DNA from: Acidobacteriota bacterium
Lineage (GTDB): Bacteria > Acidobacteriota > UBA4820 > DSQY01
Assembly (NCBI GenBank): GCA_049967655.1
Contig: JBMFSH010000041.1
Location: 1 to 19,933 of the forward strand
Direction of reading: 5' to 3'
DNA: 19,933 nucleotides
Made by a program: the position numbers and the translations under genes. Positions 9,471 through 19,071 of this stretch are shown here, in pieces. Position 1 is the first letter of the stretch, and each line of letters opens with the position of its first letter. The notes below the pieces were generated by a model. That model was not told the DNA's origin, did no database searches, and saw nothing but the letters and a program-made list of their open reading frames with translations.

Positions 9471-11186
9471 TTACAGGGATTTGTTGACGACGAAGCTCCG
9501 AGTCACCACGAGGCCACCCGTCTTGCCCACGACGCGCCAGTAAAAGGTGACCTGGGTGGAGGGGGTTGCAGCTGCGGCCACCGTCACCTTTGCCCACTTC
9601 CTGGTACTCGGCTGCCACGCGGTGATCTTGCGGAATTTCTTCGTGGGCGTGGAGCTGTCGATGAGGATGGAGGCGAAATTGGGATCCTCGGAGACGGCCA
9701 CCTGGTACTTGTTGTCCACCCCGTTCGAGAGCCAGCTGAAGACCGGTGGTCCCGAGCCCAGCGGATAGACGGGCGGAGGATTCTGGAAGGTGACGCTGGC
9801 CGTCGCCACGGCCTCGTTGCCTCCGCTGTCGGTGGCGACCACCTCGAACTCGTAGGTTCCGTCCTGGAACATTGCCGAGTTTGCTCCCCAGCTCAGGTAG
9901 CCCGAGGAGCTGTTCTGCACGTCGGTGCCGTTGAGGTAAAGGCTCATTCCCGTGAGCTGGTAATCGTCCTGGGCGTCGGCCGTGACGACGACGTTCCCCG
10001 TGAGAACCGTGCCATTCAAAGGAGAGGTCAGTTCGAGGAAGGGGGCATCGTCCCTCCTCTGCAGATGGTAGGGAGTGCCCCCCCACTGACACCAGGGACC
10101 CGCCCCCGCGCCCCCGGGAACTGAGTAAGCCATGAGAATGCTGTCCGAGGGCCCCGTGCGGATGACCAGGTACCCCTTGCCCTTCCAGCCGATCAAGTTG
10201 ACATTGAGGCCGGTTCCAAAGCTGGGGATAGAGCCGCCCAAAGCGCCGGTGTTCGCATTGAACCAGGTGAGGGCCTTTGTCGTGCCGTCGCAGTAGTAGA
10301 CCAGGCCGTCCCAACTAGCCGCCATGGAGGAGGCTGCGGCGGGAGAGAAGGCGGGGCTGGTGTTGGCGGCCGCCACATCCCAAGTGGCCTGCCCAGTCCA
10401 AACGCTGACGGCGTAGACGTTGCTGCCCGTGGAGACGAGGATGTTATCCCCCACGATGATGGGGCTGGCCTTGGCGCAGGTGAGCAGGGCCCCCGTCTCG
10501 TCCTTCGCCTGCCAGAGCCAGTGGCCCTTATTGTCGAAGCAGTTGAGGTAGAAGGAGGAGTCCAAGAAGAAGATGTGGTCGTAACTGTCCAGGAGCAGCG
10601 GTTGCGGAGGAGGATAGCTGAAAGCGTTGGTACTCCACTTGACGGTCCCATACTGCGGATTGACCGCCATGAGGAAGTTGTCCACCAGGAAATAGACCGT
10701 ACCGTCGTGGCCGATCACCGGGGCGCTGACCACCCGGAAGCCGGCGTGGAAATCCCAGAGCACGACGCCGGAGCCGGCCTGCACGCAGTAGAGGTAGCCG
10801 TTGGTCGTCCCGAAAAAGAGGTACCCCCCGGCCGAGACGGCCAGCGGGGTAGAGATGTTGACCCCCAGCCTCCTCCTCCAGAACATGTTGCCCGCCACGC
10901 TGTAGGCCCTGAGCTCCTGGCTGGATGTCCCGAAAAAGAGGTAGTTGCCCTGCAATACGGGAGGTGTGATGACCTGGCCTCCCGGATCGACGCTCCACTT
11001 CAAAATTCCCGCGGAGGTGAGCGCGTTGAACTTGCCGTTGCTGGTGGCGAAGTAGACCGATCCGTCGGTGGCGAGGACTGGCTCAAAAGGGACGGGGCTG
11101 GCCGAGTTGTACTGCCATATGTTGGTCTGCGCTTGCGCGCAAAGGCCGACCAACAAAAATAAAGCCATCCATAGGGCACGGCGCAT
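9471..11186 (-). CDS. Secreted protein: PQQ-like (BamB-type) beta-propeller, Ig-like domain and C-terminal beta-sandwich-like domain
   Basis: Signal peptide MRRALWMALFLLVGLCAQA. Repeats of P-x-x-x-x-DG-x-VYF...A-x-x-x-G-x-x-W. Ig-like ELTSPLNGTVLTGNVVVTADA...DGTYEFEVVATDSGGN. RBS GGAGGAGG upstream of ATG 11186. Confidence 0.85.
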   Translation of the reverse strand: MRRALWMALFLLVGLCAQAQTNIWQYNSASPVPFEPVLATDGSVYFATSNGKFNALTSAGILKWSVDPGGQVITPPVLQGNYLFFGTSSQELRAYSVAGNMFWRRRLGVNISTPLAVSAGGYLFFGTTNGYLYCVQAGSGVVLWDFHAGFRVVSAPVIGHDGTVYFLVDNFLMAVNPQYGTVKWSTNAFSYPPPQPLLLDSYDHIFFLDSSFYLNCFDNKGHWLWQAKDETGALLTCAKASPIIVGDNILVSTGSNVYAVSVWTGQATWDVAAANTSPAFSPAAASSMAASWDGLVYYCDGTTKALTWFNANTGALGGSIPSFGTGLNVNLIGWKGKGYLVIRTGPSDSILMAYSVPGGAGAGPWCQWGGTPYHLQRRDDAPFLELTSPLNGTVLTGNVVVTADAQDDYQLTGMSLYLNGTDVQNSSSGYLSWGANSAMFQDGTYEFEVVATDSGGNEAVATASVTFQNPPPVYPLGSGPPVFSWLSNGVDNKYQVAVSEDPNFASILIDSSTPTKKFRKITAWQPSTRKWAKVTVAAAATPSTQVTFYWRVVGKTGGLVVTRSFVVNKSL

Positions 11187-11210
11187 GTTATCCTCCTCCA
11201 TCTCAGGGTG

Positions 11211-11239
11211 AATATAACATGCGAACAATAGGGATGCAA
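11211..11239 (-). promoter_or_regulatory. Sigma70-type promoter of the beta-propeller gene
   Basis: Minus strand TTGCAT, 17 nt, TATATT, with extended TG. Confidence 0.65.
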
Positions 11240-11330
11240 CAAGCTGGAATTGCTGGAAACCAGCTAGGTGCCTTGAGGGGGGGCGAGGGGAACGGCAAAG
11301 AGAAGGGGGAAGGGGGGGCAGGAGTCCCCG

Positions 11331-11921
11331 TTACCCCCCGTCCGAACCATCTCCCACGGCCACCCTCGGCACCCTCAGGAAGCGCCCGCCGCGGCGGTAT
11401 CCGGCCTGAAGGACGGACACCACCGTTCCGCTCGGCCCCGGTTGTAGGGTCACCGCCTCCATGGTGGCGGGATCGAAGGGTGCGCCGTCGGGCACGATCT
11501 TCTCGCATGCGTGGTTCTTGAGAAACTGCTCCCCCCTGGCGATGATCACCCGGAGTCCCTCCGCCACCGAGGGGTCTTGACCGGCCACGGCGGAGGCCCG
11601 GTCCACGTCGTCCAGCAACTCCAGGACCTCCTGCAGCAGAGCCGTCTCCTTCTCTTCAAACCTCAGCGCCAGGTCCCGCTCCACGCGCCCGCGGGAGCGT
11701 CTGGCCTCCTCTTCCAGGGCCTCCACCTTGGCCTTGAGCGTCGCCTCCGCCCTCCGCACGCGCTCCTCGAGCTGCTCGACGTAGGAGGGCTTCAGGTTGG
11801 GCTCGGTCGAAGGCGTCTCGTCGTCCCGCCCCACCCGGCGTCGGTCCACGATGGAGACAGGGACCCTGTGATCGTGGCCCTCCGCCCCCGATGGGTGGGC
11901 CATCTGTTTGGGCGTGCTCAT
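11331..11921 (-). CDS. grpE: Nucleotide exchange factor GrpE (divergent)
   Basis: Long helical region, LELLDDVDRA, GAPFDPATMEAV, GTVVSVLQAGY...FLRVPRVAV. Confidence 0.85.
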   Translation of the reverse strand: MSTPKQMAHPSGAEGHDHRVPVSIVDRRRVGRDDETPSTEPNLKPSYVEQLEERVRRAEATLKAKVEALEEEARRSRGRVERDLALRFEEKETALLQEVLELLDDVDRASAVAGQDPSVAEGLRVIIARGEQFLKNHACEKIVPDGAPFDPATMEAVTLQPGPSGTVVSVLQAGYRRGGRFLRVPRVAVGDGSDGG

Positions 11922-11942
11922 GGTGTTCTCCCTCTTATATTT

Positions 11943-13274
11943 TTACCGGCGGATGAGGTTCAGGGTGACGTAGTAGGTCCATGGACCCCTGCCCACGCTG
12001 ATGAGCAGGCCCGTGGAGCCGAGGGCACTCCTGGCCTTGGTCAGGAAGTCCTCCTCCGTGGGCACCGCCTGGTCCTCCACCGCCAGGACCGTGTCTCCGG
12101 GTCGAAGCCCCGTGGCATCGGCGGGCGAATTCGGCCGGACCGAGACCACGGTCAGGCCCCCTCGCCCCCGCTCGAGCCTCAATCCCAGTAGCTCCCAGGC
12201 CATGGCGGGGGTCAGCCTTTCGGGCATGGGTTCAGCCTTGATCGTGGCCGAGAAGGGCTGTCCGTCACGGTAGCCGTCCAAACGCACCGTTTGCCCCGGA
12301 GACAGGAGGGCCAGCTTGGCGTTCAAGTCTCCGGTGCTCTCGAGCCGCTTGCCGTCCAGCCCGGTGAGCAGGTCGCCCTGCCGGATTTCGTCCTGAGGGT
12401 AGGCGAAACGGTAGGTGCGGGCCACCACGACACCGTAGTTGACGTGCATCCGCCGCATGTAGGAGTCGCTGGGGTCGAGCGGTAGAAACCCCAGCCACAG
12501 GGACTGCACCCTGCCGTAGGTCCGAAGCTGTTCCATGACCCGCCGCGCCCGGTCGATGGGGATGGCAAAGCCGATGCCGTTGGCGTTCCGGATGATGGCG
12601 GTATTGATGCCGATGACCTGCCCCAGGATGTTGCAGAGCGGCCCTCCCGAGTTGCCCGGGTTGATGGCGGCGTCCGTCTGAAGGAAGTCCGAGTAGGTCC
12701 GCTTCCCATCCTCCACGGTCCGTCCCGTGGCCGAGAGCACGCCCACGGTCACGGTGTTGGAGAGGCCATAGGGGTTGCCCACGGCGATGAGGGTCTCGCC
12801 GATCATCAGGTCATCCGAGCGGCCGAGCTGGGCCACCGGAAAGGGCCTGTCTCCTTCGATCTTGAGGAGGGCGAGATCGGACTCCGGGGCGGTGCCCACC
12901 ACTCGGGCGGGATATTCCTTGCCGGTGGTGAGGGTTACGCGGATTTTGGAGCCGCCCAGGATGACGTGCTCGTTCGTCAGGATGTAGCCGGTGGGGTCCA
13001 CGAGCACTCCCGAACCCAGGGAGTTCTGCTCCTGGGCCGGCGGTGCGAAGGGCGAATCGTTTCCGAAGAGGTCCCAGAAGCCTCCCGCGAAGGGGTTCTG
13101 GACCCGTTGCTGGCAGGAGATGTACACCACGGCCGGACTCACCTCGCGGACCACGCGGACCACCTGGGTTTCCCGCATGGCACGGCCGTTCACCGGCGGC
13201 AGTCCGGCCCACGAGGCGACGGAGAGGGCGACCGAGGCCAGGACGATCCAACACGCTTGAGTACGATGGTTCAT
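11943..13274 (-). CDS. HtrA/DegP/DegQ-family periplasmic serine protease with two PDZ domains
   Basis: SLGSGV, ILTNEHV, SDLALLK, LQTDAAINPGNSGGPL, IGFAIP, two PDZ-like segments and a hydrophobic N-terminal signal. ATG 13274 is preceded by GGAG. Confidence 0.93.
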   Translation of the reverse strand: MNHRTQACWIVLASVALSVASWAGLPPVNGRAMRETQVVRVVREVSPAVVYISCQQRVQNPFAGGFWDLFGNDSPFAPPAQEQNSLGSGVLVDPTGYILTNEHVILGGSKIRVTLTTGKEYPARVVGTAPESDLALLKIEGDRPFPVAQLGRSDDLMIGETLIAVGNPYGLSNTVTVGVLSATGRTVEDGKRTYSDFLQTDAAINPGNSGGPLCNILGQVIGINTAIIRNANGIGFAIPIDRARRVMEQLRTYGRVQSLWLGFLPLDPSDSYMRRMHVNYGVVVARTYRFAYPQDEIRQGDLLTGLDGKRLESTGDLNAKLALLSPGQTVRLDGYRDGQPFSATIKAEPMPERLTPAMAWELLGLRLERGRGGLTVVSVRPNSPADATGLRPGDTVLAVEDQAVPTEEDFLTKARSALGSTGLLISVGRGPWTYYVTLNLIRR

Positions 13275-13330
13275 AGAGTCGCTCCAGGTCAAAGGGGGCG
13301 CCCGTATCGGTAGGCACCCTCGAAATGGGT

Positions 13331-14176
13331 TCAGCCACGGCGCTCCATGAGGCGGGCAATGCGCTTCTCGATGGGCGGGTGGGTCGAGAACAGATTCATC
13401 AGGCTGCGGCCGGTGAAGGGTTTGACGATGAACATGTGGGCCGTGGCCGGCGTGGCCTGGAGGGGCACGCGCATGGAGGCGGTCTGGAGCTTCTTCAGAG
13501 CGTTGGCCAGCCCGTAGGGGTTTCCCGCCAGGTGGGCCCCCTCCTCGTCGGCCCCATACTCCCGCGAGCGGGAGATGGCCATCTGGATGAGGAGGGCGGC
13601 GAGCGGCGCCACGATGGCCGCCACCAGCAGGGCCAGGGGGTTGCTGTCATTGCGGTTGCGGCCGCCGTACCCGCCGAAGATCAGCCCCCAGCGGGCGATG
13701 GAGGCGATGAACATGATGGCCGAAGCGATGGCCGCGGCCACCGTTCCGATGAGGATGTCCCTGTGGATCACGTGGCCCATTTCGTGACCGAGGACCCCCT
13801 TCAGCTCCTCCTCGTCCAGGAGCTGCAAGATGCCGTCGGTGACCGCCACGACGGCGTGCTGGGGGTTGCGTCCCGTGGCGAAGGCGTTGGGCGAGTCATC
13901 CGGGATCCGGTAGATTTTCGGTTTGGGGATGTGGGCCGTCTGACTGAGCTGCGCCACGATGGCGTGCACCCTGGGGGCTTCGGCCTCGCTCAACTCCTTG
14001 GCGTGGTAGGCGGCGAGCACCATCCGGTCGGAAAACCAGTAGGAGAAGAAATTGATGGCGAGCGAAATGAAGAGCGCCACGGCGATGCCGGTCCGGCCGG
14101 CCACGGCGCCGCCAATCAGCATGAGTACCGCCGCCAGGGCGACGAAGAGAACCATGGTCTTCAACCAGTTGCCCAT
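13331..14176 (-). CDS. htpX: Membrane zinc metalloprotease HtpX (M48)
   Basis: PNAFATGRNP, GVLGHEMGH (HExxH), AISRSREYGAD, LFSTHPP, transmembrane segments. RBS GGAGG before ATG 14176. Confidence 0.95.
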   Translation of the reverse strand: MGNWLKTMVLFVALAAVLMLIGGAVAGRTGIAVALFISLAINFFSYWFSDRMVLAAYHAKELSEAEAPRVHAIVAQLSQTAHIPKPKIYRIPDDSPNAFATGRNPQHAVVAVTDGILQLLDEEELKGVLGHEMGHVIHRDILIGTVAAAIASAIMFIASIARWGLIFGGYGGRNRNDSNPLALLVAAIVAPLAALLIQMAISRSREYGADEEGAHLAGNPYGLANALKKLQTASMRVPLQATPATAHMFIVKPFTGRSLMNLFSTHPPIEKRIARLMERRG

Positions 14177-14365
14177 CGTATGCCTCCAAAAGGGGGAGCA
14201 GGAATGCCGGGCCGAAGGACCGTTGGCTCCATAGGACCGGCTACTCCGCAGATGACCTTCTTCCTGGTGCGCCGATCCCCTGACGATTCCACGCTCTGTC
14301 GGCTCATCCGTCACAGTCCTGCTGCATCGAACGCGCCGCGGCCTTTCGGGCCGGGCTGCACTCTC

Positions 14366-16963
14366 TTACTGTAACACCTCCGGGGCGGTTTCAAAGGCCA
14401 GACCATCCCCCGCGCGAGTGACCCGAATCCGGGCCCCGGGGGCGAACCGCCCAGCCAGGACGGCCTTGGACAGAGGGTTCTCCAAATGCCGCTGGATGGC
14501 CCGCCGCAGCGGCCTCGCCCCGTAAACGGGGTCGTATCCCACCTCGGACAGGAACCGCTTGGCCTCCTCCGCCACCTCCAGGTGGAAATCCCGCTCGGAG
14601 AGCCGCTTCGCGAGCTGGGCCAGCTGGATCTCCACGATGCCCAGGATGTCCTCCCGGCTCAGGGACCGGAAGAGAACAACCTCGTCCAGCCGGTTCAGGA
14701 ACTCGGGCCGGAAGGTGGCCTTCAGCTCGGCGAAGACCCTGTCGCGCATGCCCTCGGGATCACTCTGGGCCAGCTCCTGGATCCAGCGCGAGCCGATGTT
14801 GCTGGTCATCACCAGGATGGTCTGGGAGAAGTCCACGGTCCGGCCCTTGGCGTCCGTCAGCCGCCCGTCATCCAGCACCTGAAGCAGGACGTTGAAGACG
14901 TCGGGGTGGGCCTTCTCGATCTCGTCCAGGAGCACCACGCTGTAGGGCCTCCGGTGGACGGCCTCGGTGAGCTGGCCGCCCTCCTCGTGCCCGACGTAGC
15001 CGGGAGGGGCTCCGATGAGCCGGGCCACGGCGTGCTTCTCCATGTACTCGCTCATGTCCAGGCGCACGACGGCTTTCTCGTCGTCGAAGAGGAATTCGGC
15101 CAAGGCCTTGCAGAGCTCGGTCTTCCCCACGCCGGTGGGGCCCATGAAGAGGAAGGAGCCGATGGGCCTCCGCGGGTCGGACAGCCCCGACCGGGAACGC
15201 CTCACGGCGTCCGAAACCACGGCGAGGGCCTCGTCCTGGCCCACGACCCTCTGCCTAAGCCTCTCCTCCATCTTGAGCAGCTTGCTGCGCTCTCCCTCGA
15301 GCATCTTGGCCACGGGTATACCCGTCCAGGCCGAGACCACCTCGGCGATGTCCTCCTCCTCCACCTCCTCCTTCAGGAGGGGTCTGTCCTTCTGGAGTCC
15401 CTTGAGGCGCTCCTGGGCCTCCTGGAGAGATGCCTCGATCTGGGGCAGGCGCCCGTACTTTAGGCGGGCCGCCTCGTCGTAGTTCCCCACCTTCTCGGCG
15501 CGCTCCGCCTCGCCGCGGAGGGCCTCGCCATCCCGTTTGAGCTCCTGAATCTTCTTGATGGCCTCGCGCTCGGCCTGCCAGCGGGTGCGCATGGCCTTGG
15601 CCTCTTCCTCCAGGGTGGAGAGCTCGCCGTCCAGCTCGCTCAATCGAGCCTTGGAGGCGGCGTCGCGCTCACGGAGAAGCGCCTGCTTCTCGATCTGCAG
15701 GGAGGCGATGCGCCGTTGGAGGCCGTCGAGTTCGTAAGGCAAGGAGTCCACCTGGATCCGCAGGCGCGCCGCCGCCTCGTCCACCAGGTCGATGGCCTTG
15801 TCCGGCAGGTGGCGATCGTGCAGGTACCGGTGGGAGAGGGTCACGGCGGCCACGATGGCGGCGTCGCGGATGCGTACGCCGTGGTGCACCTCGAATCGCT
15901 CCCGTAGCCCGCGCAGGATGGCAATGGAGTCCTCGACCGTCGGCTCGCCCACGTAGACGGGCTGGAAGCGCCGCTCCAGGGCGGGATCCTTTTCGATGTG
16001 CTTCCTGTATTCGTTGATCGTCGTGGCCCCGATGGCGTGCAGCTCGCCCCTGGCGAGGGCCGGCTTGAGGATGTTGGCGGCGTCCATGGCCCCTTCGGCC
16101 GCGCCCGCCCCCACGAGGGTATGGAGCTCGTCGATGAAGAGAATGATGTCGCCCTCGCTGGCCGTGATCTCCTTTACGACGGCCTTGAGACGGTCCTCGA
16201 ACTCTCCGCGGAACTTGGTGCCCGCGATGAGGGCCGCCAGGTCGAGCTGGACGAGCCGCTTGTCCATGAGCGACTCGGGCACGTCGCCGTCGGCCATCCG
16301 CCCGGCGAGGCCCTCCACGATGGCCGTCTTTCCGACCCCCGGATCGCCCACCAGGACGGGGTTGTTTTTGGTGCGGCGCGCCAGGATCTGGGTCAGCCTC
16401 CGGATCTCGGCGTCGCGCCCGATGACGGGGTCCAGCTTGCCCAGGCGGGCCATCTCCGTCAAGTCTCGGCCGTACTGCTTGAGGGCCTGGTACTTGCCCT
16501 CCGGGTTCGGGTCGGTGATCCGCTGTGAGCCTCGCACCTCCTGGAGGGCCTTCAAGAGGCCATCCCTCTTAAGGCCCAGGGAGAGGAGGATTTTGGATGC
16601 CTCGCTCCCAGTGGCCTCCAGCGTGGCCAGCAGAATGTGTTCGGTGGAGACGAAGTCGTCCTTGAAGAACTTGGCTTGTCCCGTGGCGGCCTCCAGGATC
16701 TGGATGGCCGGCCGGGAAAGGGCGGGCTCCTGATCCTGGTGGGTCTTGGGGAGCCTGTCAATGGCCCCTTGCAGCCGGTTCTTGAGGGCGAGGGGATCAA
16801 CCTGGAGCCGTTCCAGCAGGGCTGGAACGACGCCCCCCTCCTGAGAGACCAGGGCGAGGACGAGGTGTTCAGGAGTAACTTCGGCATTCCTCTCGCTTGC
16901 GGCGCTCTGAGAGGCGGCCTCCAGGGCCTCCCTCGCTTTCTCCGTAAACTGTTCCCAACGCAT
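14366..16963 (-). CDS. clpB: ATP-dependent disaggregase ClpB
   Basis: [20 protein letters not shown], long coiled-coil middle domain, [31 protein letters not shown]. No IGF ClpP-binding loop; 865 aa. Confidence 0.98.
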   Translation of the reverse strand: MRWEQFTEKAREALEAASQSAASERNAEVTPEHLVLALVSQEGGVVPALLERLQVDPLALKNRLQGAIDRLPKTHQDQEPALSRPAIQILEAATGQAKFFKDDFVSTEHILLATLEATGSEASKILLSLGLKRDGLLKALQEVRGSQRITDPNPEGKYQALKQYGRDLTEMARLGKLDPVIGRDAEIRRLTQILARRTKNNPVLVGDPGVGKTAIVEGLAGRMADGDVPESLMDKRLVQLDLAALIAGTKFRGEFEDRLKAVVKEITASEGDIILFIDELHTLVGAGAAEGAMDAANILKPALARGELHAIGATTINEYRKHIEKDPALERRFQPVYVGEPTVEDSIAILRGLRERFEVHHGVRIRDAAIVAAVTLSHRYLHDRHLPDKAIDLVDEAAARLRIQVDSLPYELDGLQRRIASLQIEKQALLRERDAASKARLSELDGELSTLEEEAKAMRTRWQAEREAIKKIQELKRDGEALRGEAERAEKVGNYDEAARLKYGRLPQIEASLQEAQERLKGLQKDRPLLKEEVEEEDIAEVVSAWTGIPVAKMLEGERSKLLKMEERLRQRVVGQDEALAVVSDAVRRSRSGLSDPRRPIGSFLFMGPTGVGKTELCKALAEFLFDDEKAVVRLDMSEYMEKHAVARLIGAPPGYVGHEEGGQLTEAVHRRPYSVVLLDEIEKAHPDVFNVLLQVLDDGRLTDAKGRTVDFSQTILVMTSNIGSRWIQELAQSDPEGMRDRVFAELKATFRPEFLNRLDEVVLFRSLSREDILGIVEIQLAQLAKRLSERDFHLEVAEEAKRFLSEVGYDPVYGARPLRRAIQRHLENPLSKAVLAGRFAPGARIRVTRAGDGLAFETAPEVLQ

Positions 16964-17003
16964 AGGCTATCCTCTCTTCTGTGAAAAATCTAAGCAAGAA
17001 ACC

Positions 17004-17032
17004 AATATAAATCATTAGCATTACATTATCAA
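17004..17032 (-). promoter_or_regulatory. Sigma70-type promoter of the clpB cluster
   Basis: Minus strand TTGATA, 17 nt, TATATT, in an AT-rich patch 40 nt upstream of clpB. Confidence 0.7.
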
Positions 17033-17151
17033 CTACGAGCCGATGCCGGAAAGGTACGGGCCCCATCCGGATGGCCGCGATCTCCAGCCGCTTGGTCCCC
17101 TCGGGTGCACCCGGGGTCCTGTTGTGCGATGATGAAGAGGCGCGAGGTAAT

Positions 17152-19071
17152 ATGGCGGAGCAGAGCCAGGTCGGGCGATACCAAATTCGTGAAATCATCG
17201 GGCGCGGGGCCATGGGCGTGGTCTATCTCGCTTACGATCCCCAGATCGGCCGCCGCGTCGCCCTCAAGACCGTGCGCCCCCTGGAGGGGGCCCGTCCTGA
17301 GGAGATCGCGGAGAGCAAGGCGCGGTTCCTTCGCGAAGCCCAGGCCGCCGGCAAGCTCCTCCACCCCAACATCGTGACGATCTTCGACGTGTTCGAGGAC
17401 CGGGGCGTGCTCTATATCGCCATGGAGTACGTGGAGGGAGTCCTCCTGGACCGCTTCTGTTCCGCCAAGACCCTGCTGCCCGTAGAGAAAACCCTCATGC
17501 TCGTGGGGCAGGGGCTGGCCGCCCTCCACTACGCCCACCGCAACGGCATCGTGCACCGCGACATCAAGCCCTCCAACCTTATGGTCGTGGACGGGGAGAC
17601 GTTGAAGGTCATGGATTTCGGTGTGGCCAGACAGCAGGGAGCCTCTCTGACCCAGACGGGCATGGTCGTGGGGACTCCCCACTACATGTCGCCGGAGCAG
17701 ATCGAGGGGAAGCTGCTGGACGGCCGGTCGGACGTCTTCTCCATGGGAGTCGTGCTGTACGAGCTCCTGACGGGCGAGAGGCCCTTCCAGGGCGAGGAGA
17801 TCTCCACGGTCATCTACCGCATCCTCCACAGCGACCCAGTGCCGGTGAGAGAGATCAACCCCGCCCTGCCGGAATACCTCGGAACCGTCCTTCAGCGCGC
17901 CCTGGCCAAGAACGTGGAGGACCGCTTCCCCACCGCGAAGTCCTTTGGGGAGGCCCTCCAGCGGTACGTCGAACCGCAGGCCGCGCCGAGCCCGCGCCAG
18001 GAATTGCCCTCCTCCGGGTTGCGGCACGACGACTACCTCCCCCCTCCGCCTTCGAGCGGCATCAGGCGTCGGCGCAAGCATTTCAGTGCCCCCTGGAAGA
18101 CCATCGGGCTGATCGCCCTGGTCGTGGCCCTCGTGGGAGCGGCCTGGGTCGCGCGGGGCCTCCTCCAGCAGCGCGACTCGGGGAGGGGGATCGGGATAAC
18201 GGAGGGCGCCGCGCACCAGGTGCTGCCGAAGGTCCTGACGGTGGTGACCGATCCTCCCGGAGCCAAGCTCTTCGTGGATGGCCAGCCGACCAGCACCGTG
18301 CTGGCGCCGGGGGCTGGCCAGCGCCCGCGGATTCTCGAGGCCCGCCTCGGATGCCTGAGCGCCCGCACGGAGCTGACCGCTGATACTCCCTCGCCCATCC
18401 AGCTGAACCTCGCCCCCGGCCCTTACCAGGTTCCCATCACATCCACGCCCGCAGGGGCCCAGGTGATCGTGGACGGGAAGGAGACGGGGCTCACCACGCC
18501 GGCCCAACTGCCCCGCCAGGACTGTACGCCGTTCACCCTGGCCCTCGTGCTCAAGGGGTGGGAGCGAAAGGAAGTGCGCGTGGACCCCTCCCGGGAGGCC
18601 TCCGTGGAGCTTGCCCTGAAAAAGGTGCCGCCCACGGGCACGTTGCGGGTGGAGTCGGCCTCTGGTAAAATTCAGGTTTATGAAGGTGATCGCCTTCTGG
18701 GCTCGTCCGGGCAGAATCTTGAGCTGGCGGCGGGCGAGCACGACCTGACCTTCGTGGATCCGGTCTTGCGTGGCAGCCGCGGCCAGAAGGTGGATGTGCC
18801 CGGAGGCGGCAAGGTCCGAATCCGAGTGGGGCCATTCGAAACCGGTCGCGTCTTCCTGTACGGGAAGCCCATTAACGACGGAAAGGTTTATGTAGATGGG
18901 CGTTTCCTGGAGGAGCTTCCTCTCAACGGCACGACGCCCCTGGCGGTCGGGCGACATCGCTTTCAGGTGGTCAGCCCGTCGGGCAAGCGCGTCACTTTCT
19001 CCTGGACCCTTGTGCCGGGTGACCAAAGCCGGGTGGTGGATTTCGACAAGGGCGACGTGGAAATCCCTTAG
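17152..19071 (+). CDS. Hanks-type Ser/Thr protein kinase with one TM helix and extracytoplasmic PEGA repeats
   Basis: GRGAMG, VALK, HRDIKPSN, DFG, GTPHYMSPE; TM IGLIALVVALVGAAWV; PEGA-like VVTDPPGAKLFVDG, ITSTPAGAQVIVDGKETGLTTP, KVYVDG. GAGG before ATG 17152. Confidence 0.93.
   Translation: MAEQSQVGRYQIREIIGRGAMGVVYLAYDPQIGRRVALKTVRPLEGARPEEIAESKARFLREAQAAGKLLHPNIVTIFDVFEDRGVLYIAMEYVEGVLLDRFCSAKTLLPVEKTLMLVGQGLAALHYAHRNGIVHRDIKPSNLMVVDGETLKVMDFGVARQQGASLTQTGMVVGTPHYMSPEQIEGKLLDGRSDVFSMGVVLYELLTGERPFQGEEISTVIYRILHSDPVPVREINPALPEYLGTVLQRALAKNVEDRFPTAKSFGEALQRYVEPQAAPSPRQELPSSGLRHDDYLPPPPSSGIRRRRKHFSAPWKTIGLIALVVALVGAAWVARGLLQQRDSGRGIGITEGAAHQVLPKVLTVVTDPPGAKLFVDGQPTSTVLAPGAGQRPRILEARLGCLSARTELTADTPSPIQLNLAPGPYQVPITSTPAGAQVIVDGKETGLTTPAQLPRQDCTPFTLALVLKGWERKEVRVDPSREASVELALKKVPPTGTLRVESASGKIQVYEGDRLLGSSGQNLELAAGEHDLTFVDPVLRGSRGQKVDVPGGGKVRIRVGPFETGRVFLYGKPINDGKVYVDGRFLEELPLNGTTPLAVGRHRFQVVSPSGKRVTFSWTLVPGDQSRVVDFDKGDVEIP

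Noticed and set aside
13291..13321. Terminator-like hairpin between htpX and the HtrA protease gene
   Set aside because: Mismatched stem, large loop and only three T; too weak to call.
17015..17041. CIRCE element upstream of clpB
   Set aside because: Only TTAGCA matches; there is no second arm 9 nt away.
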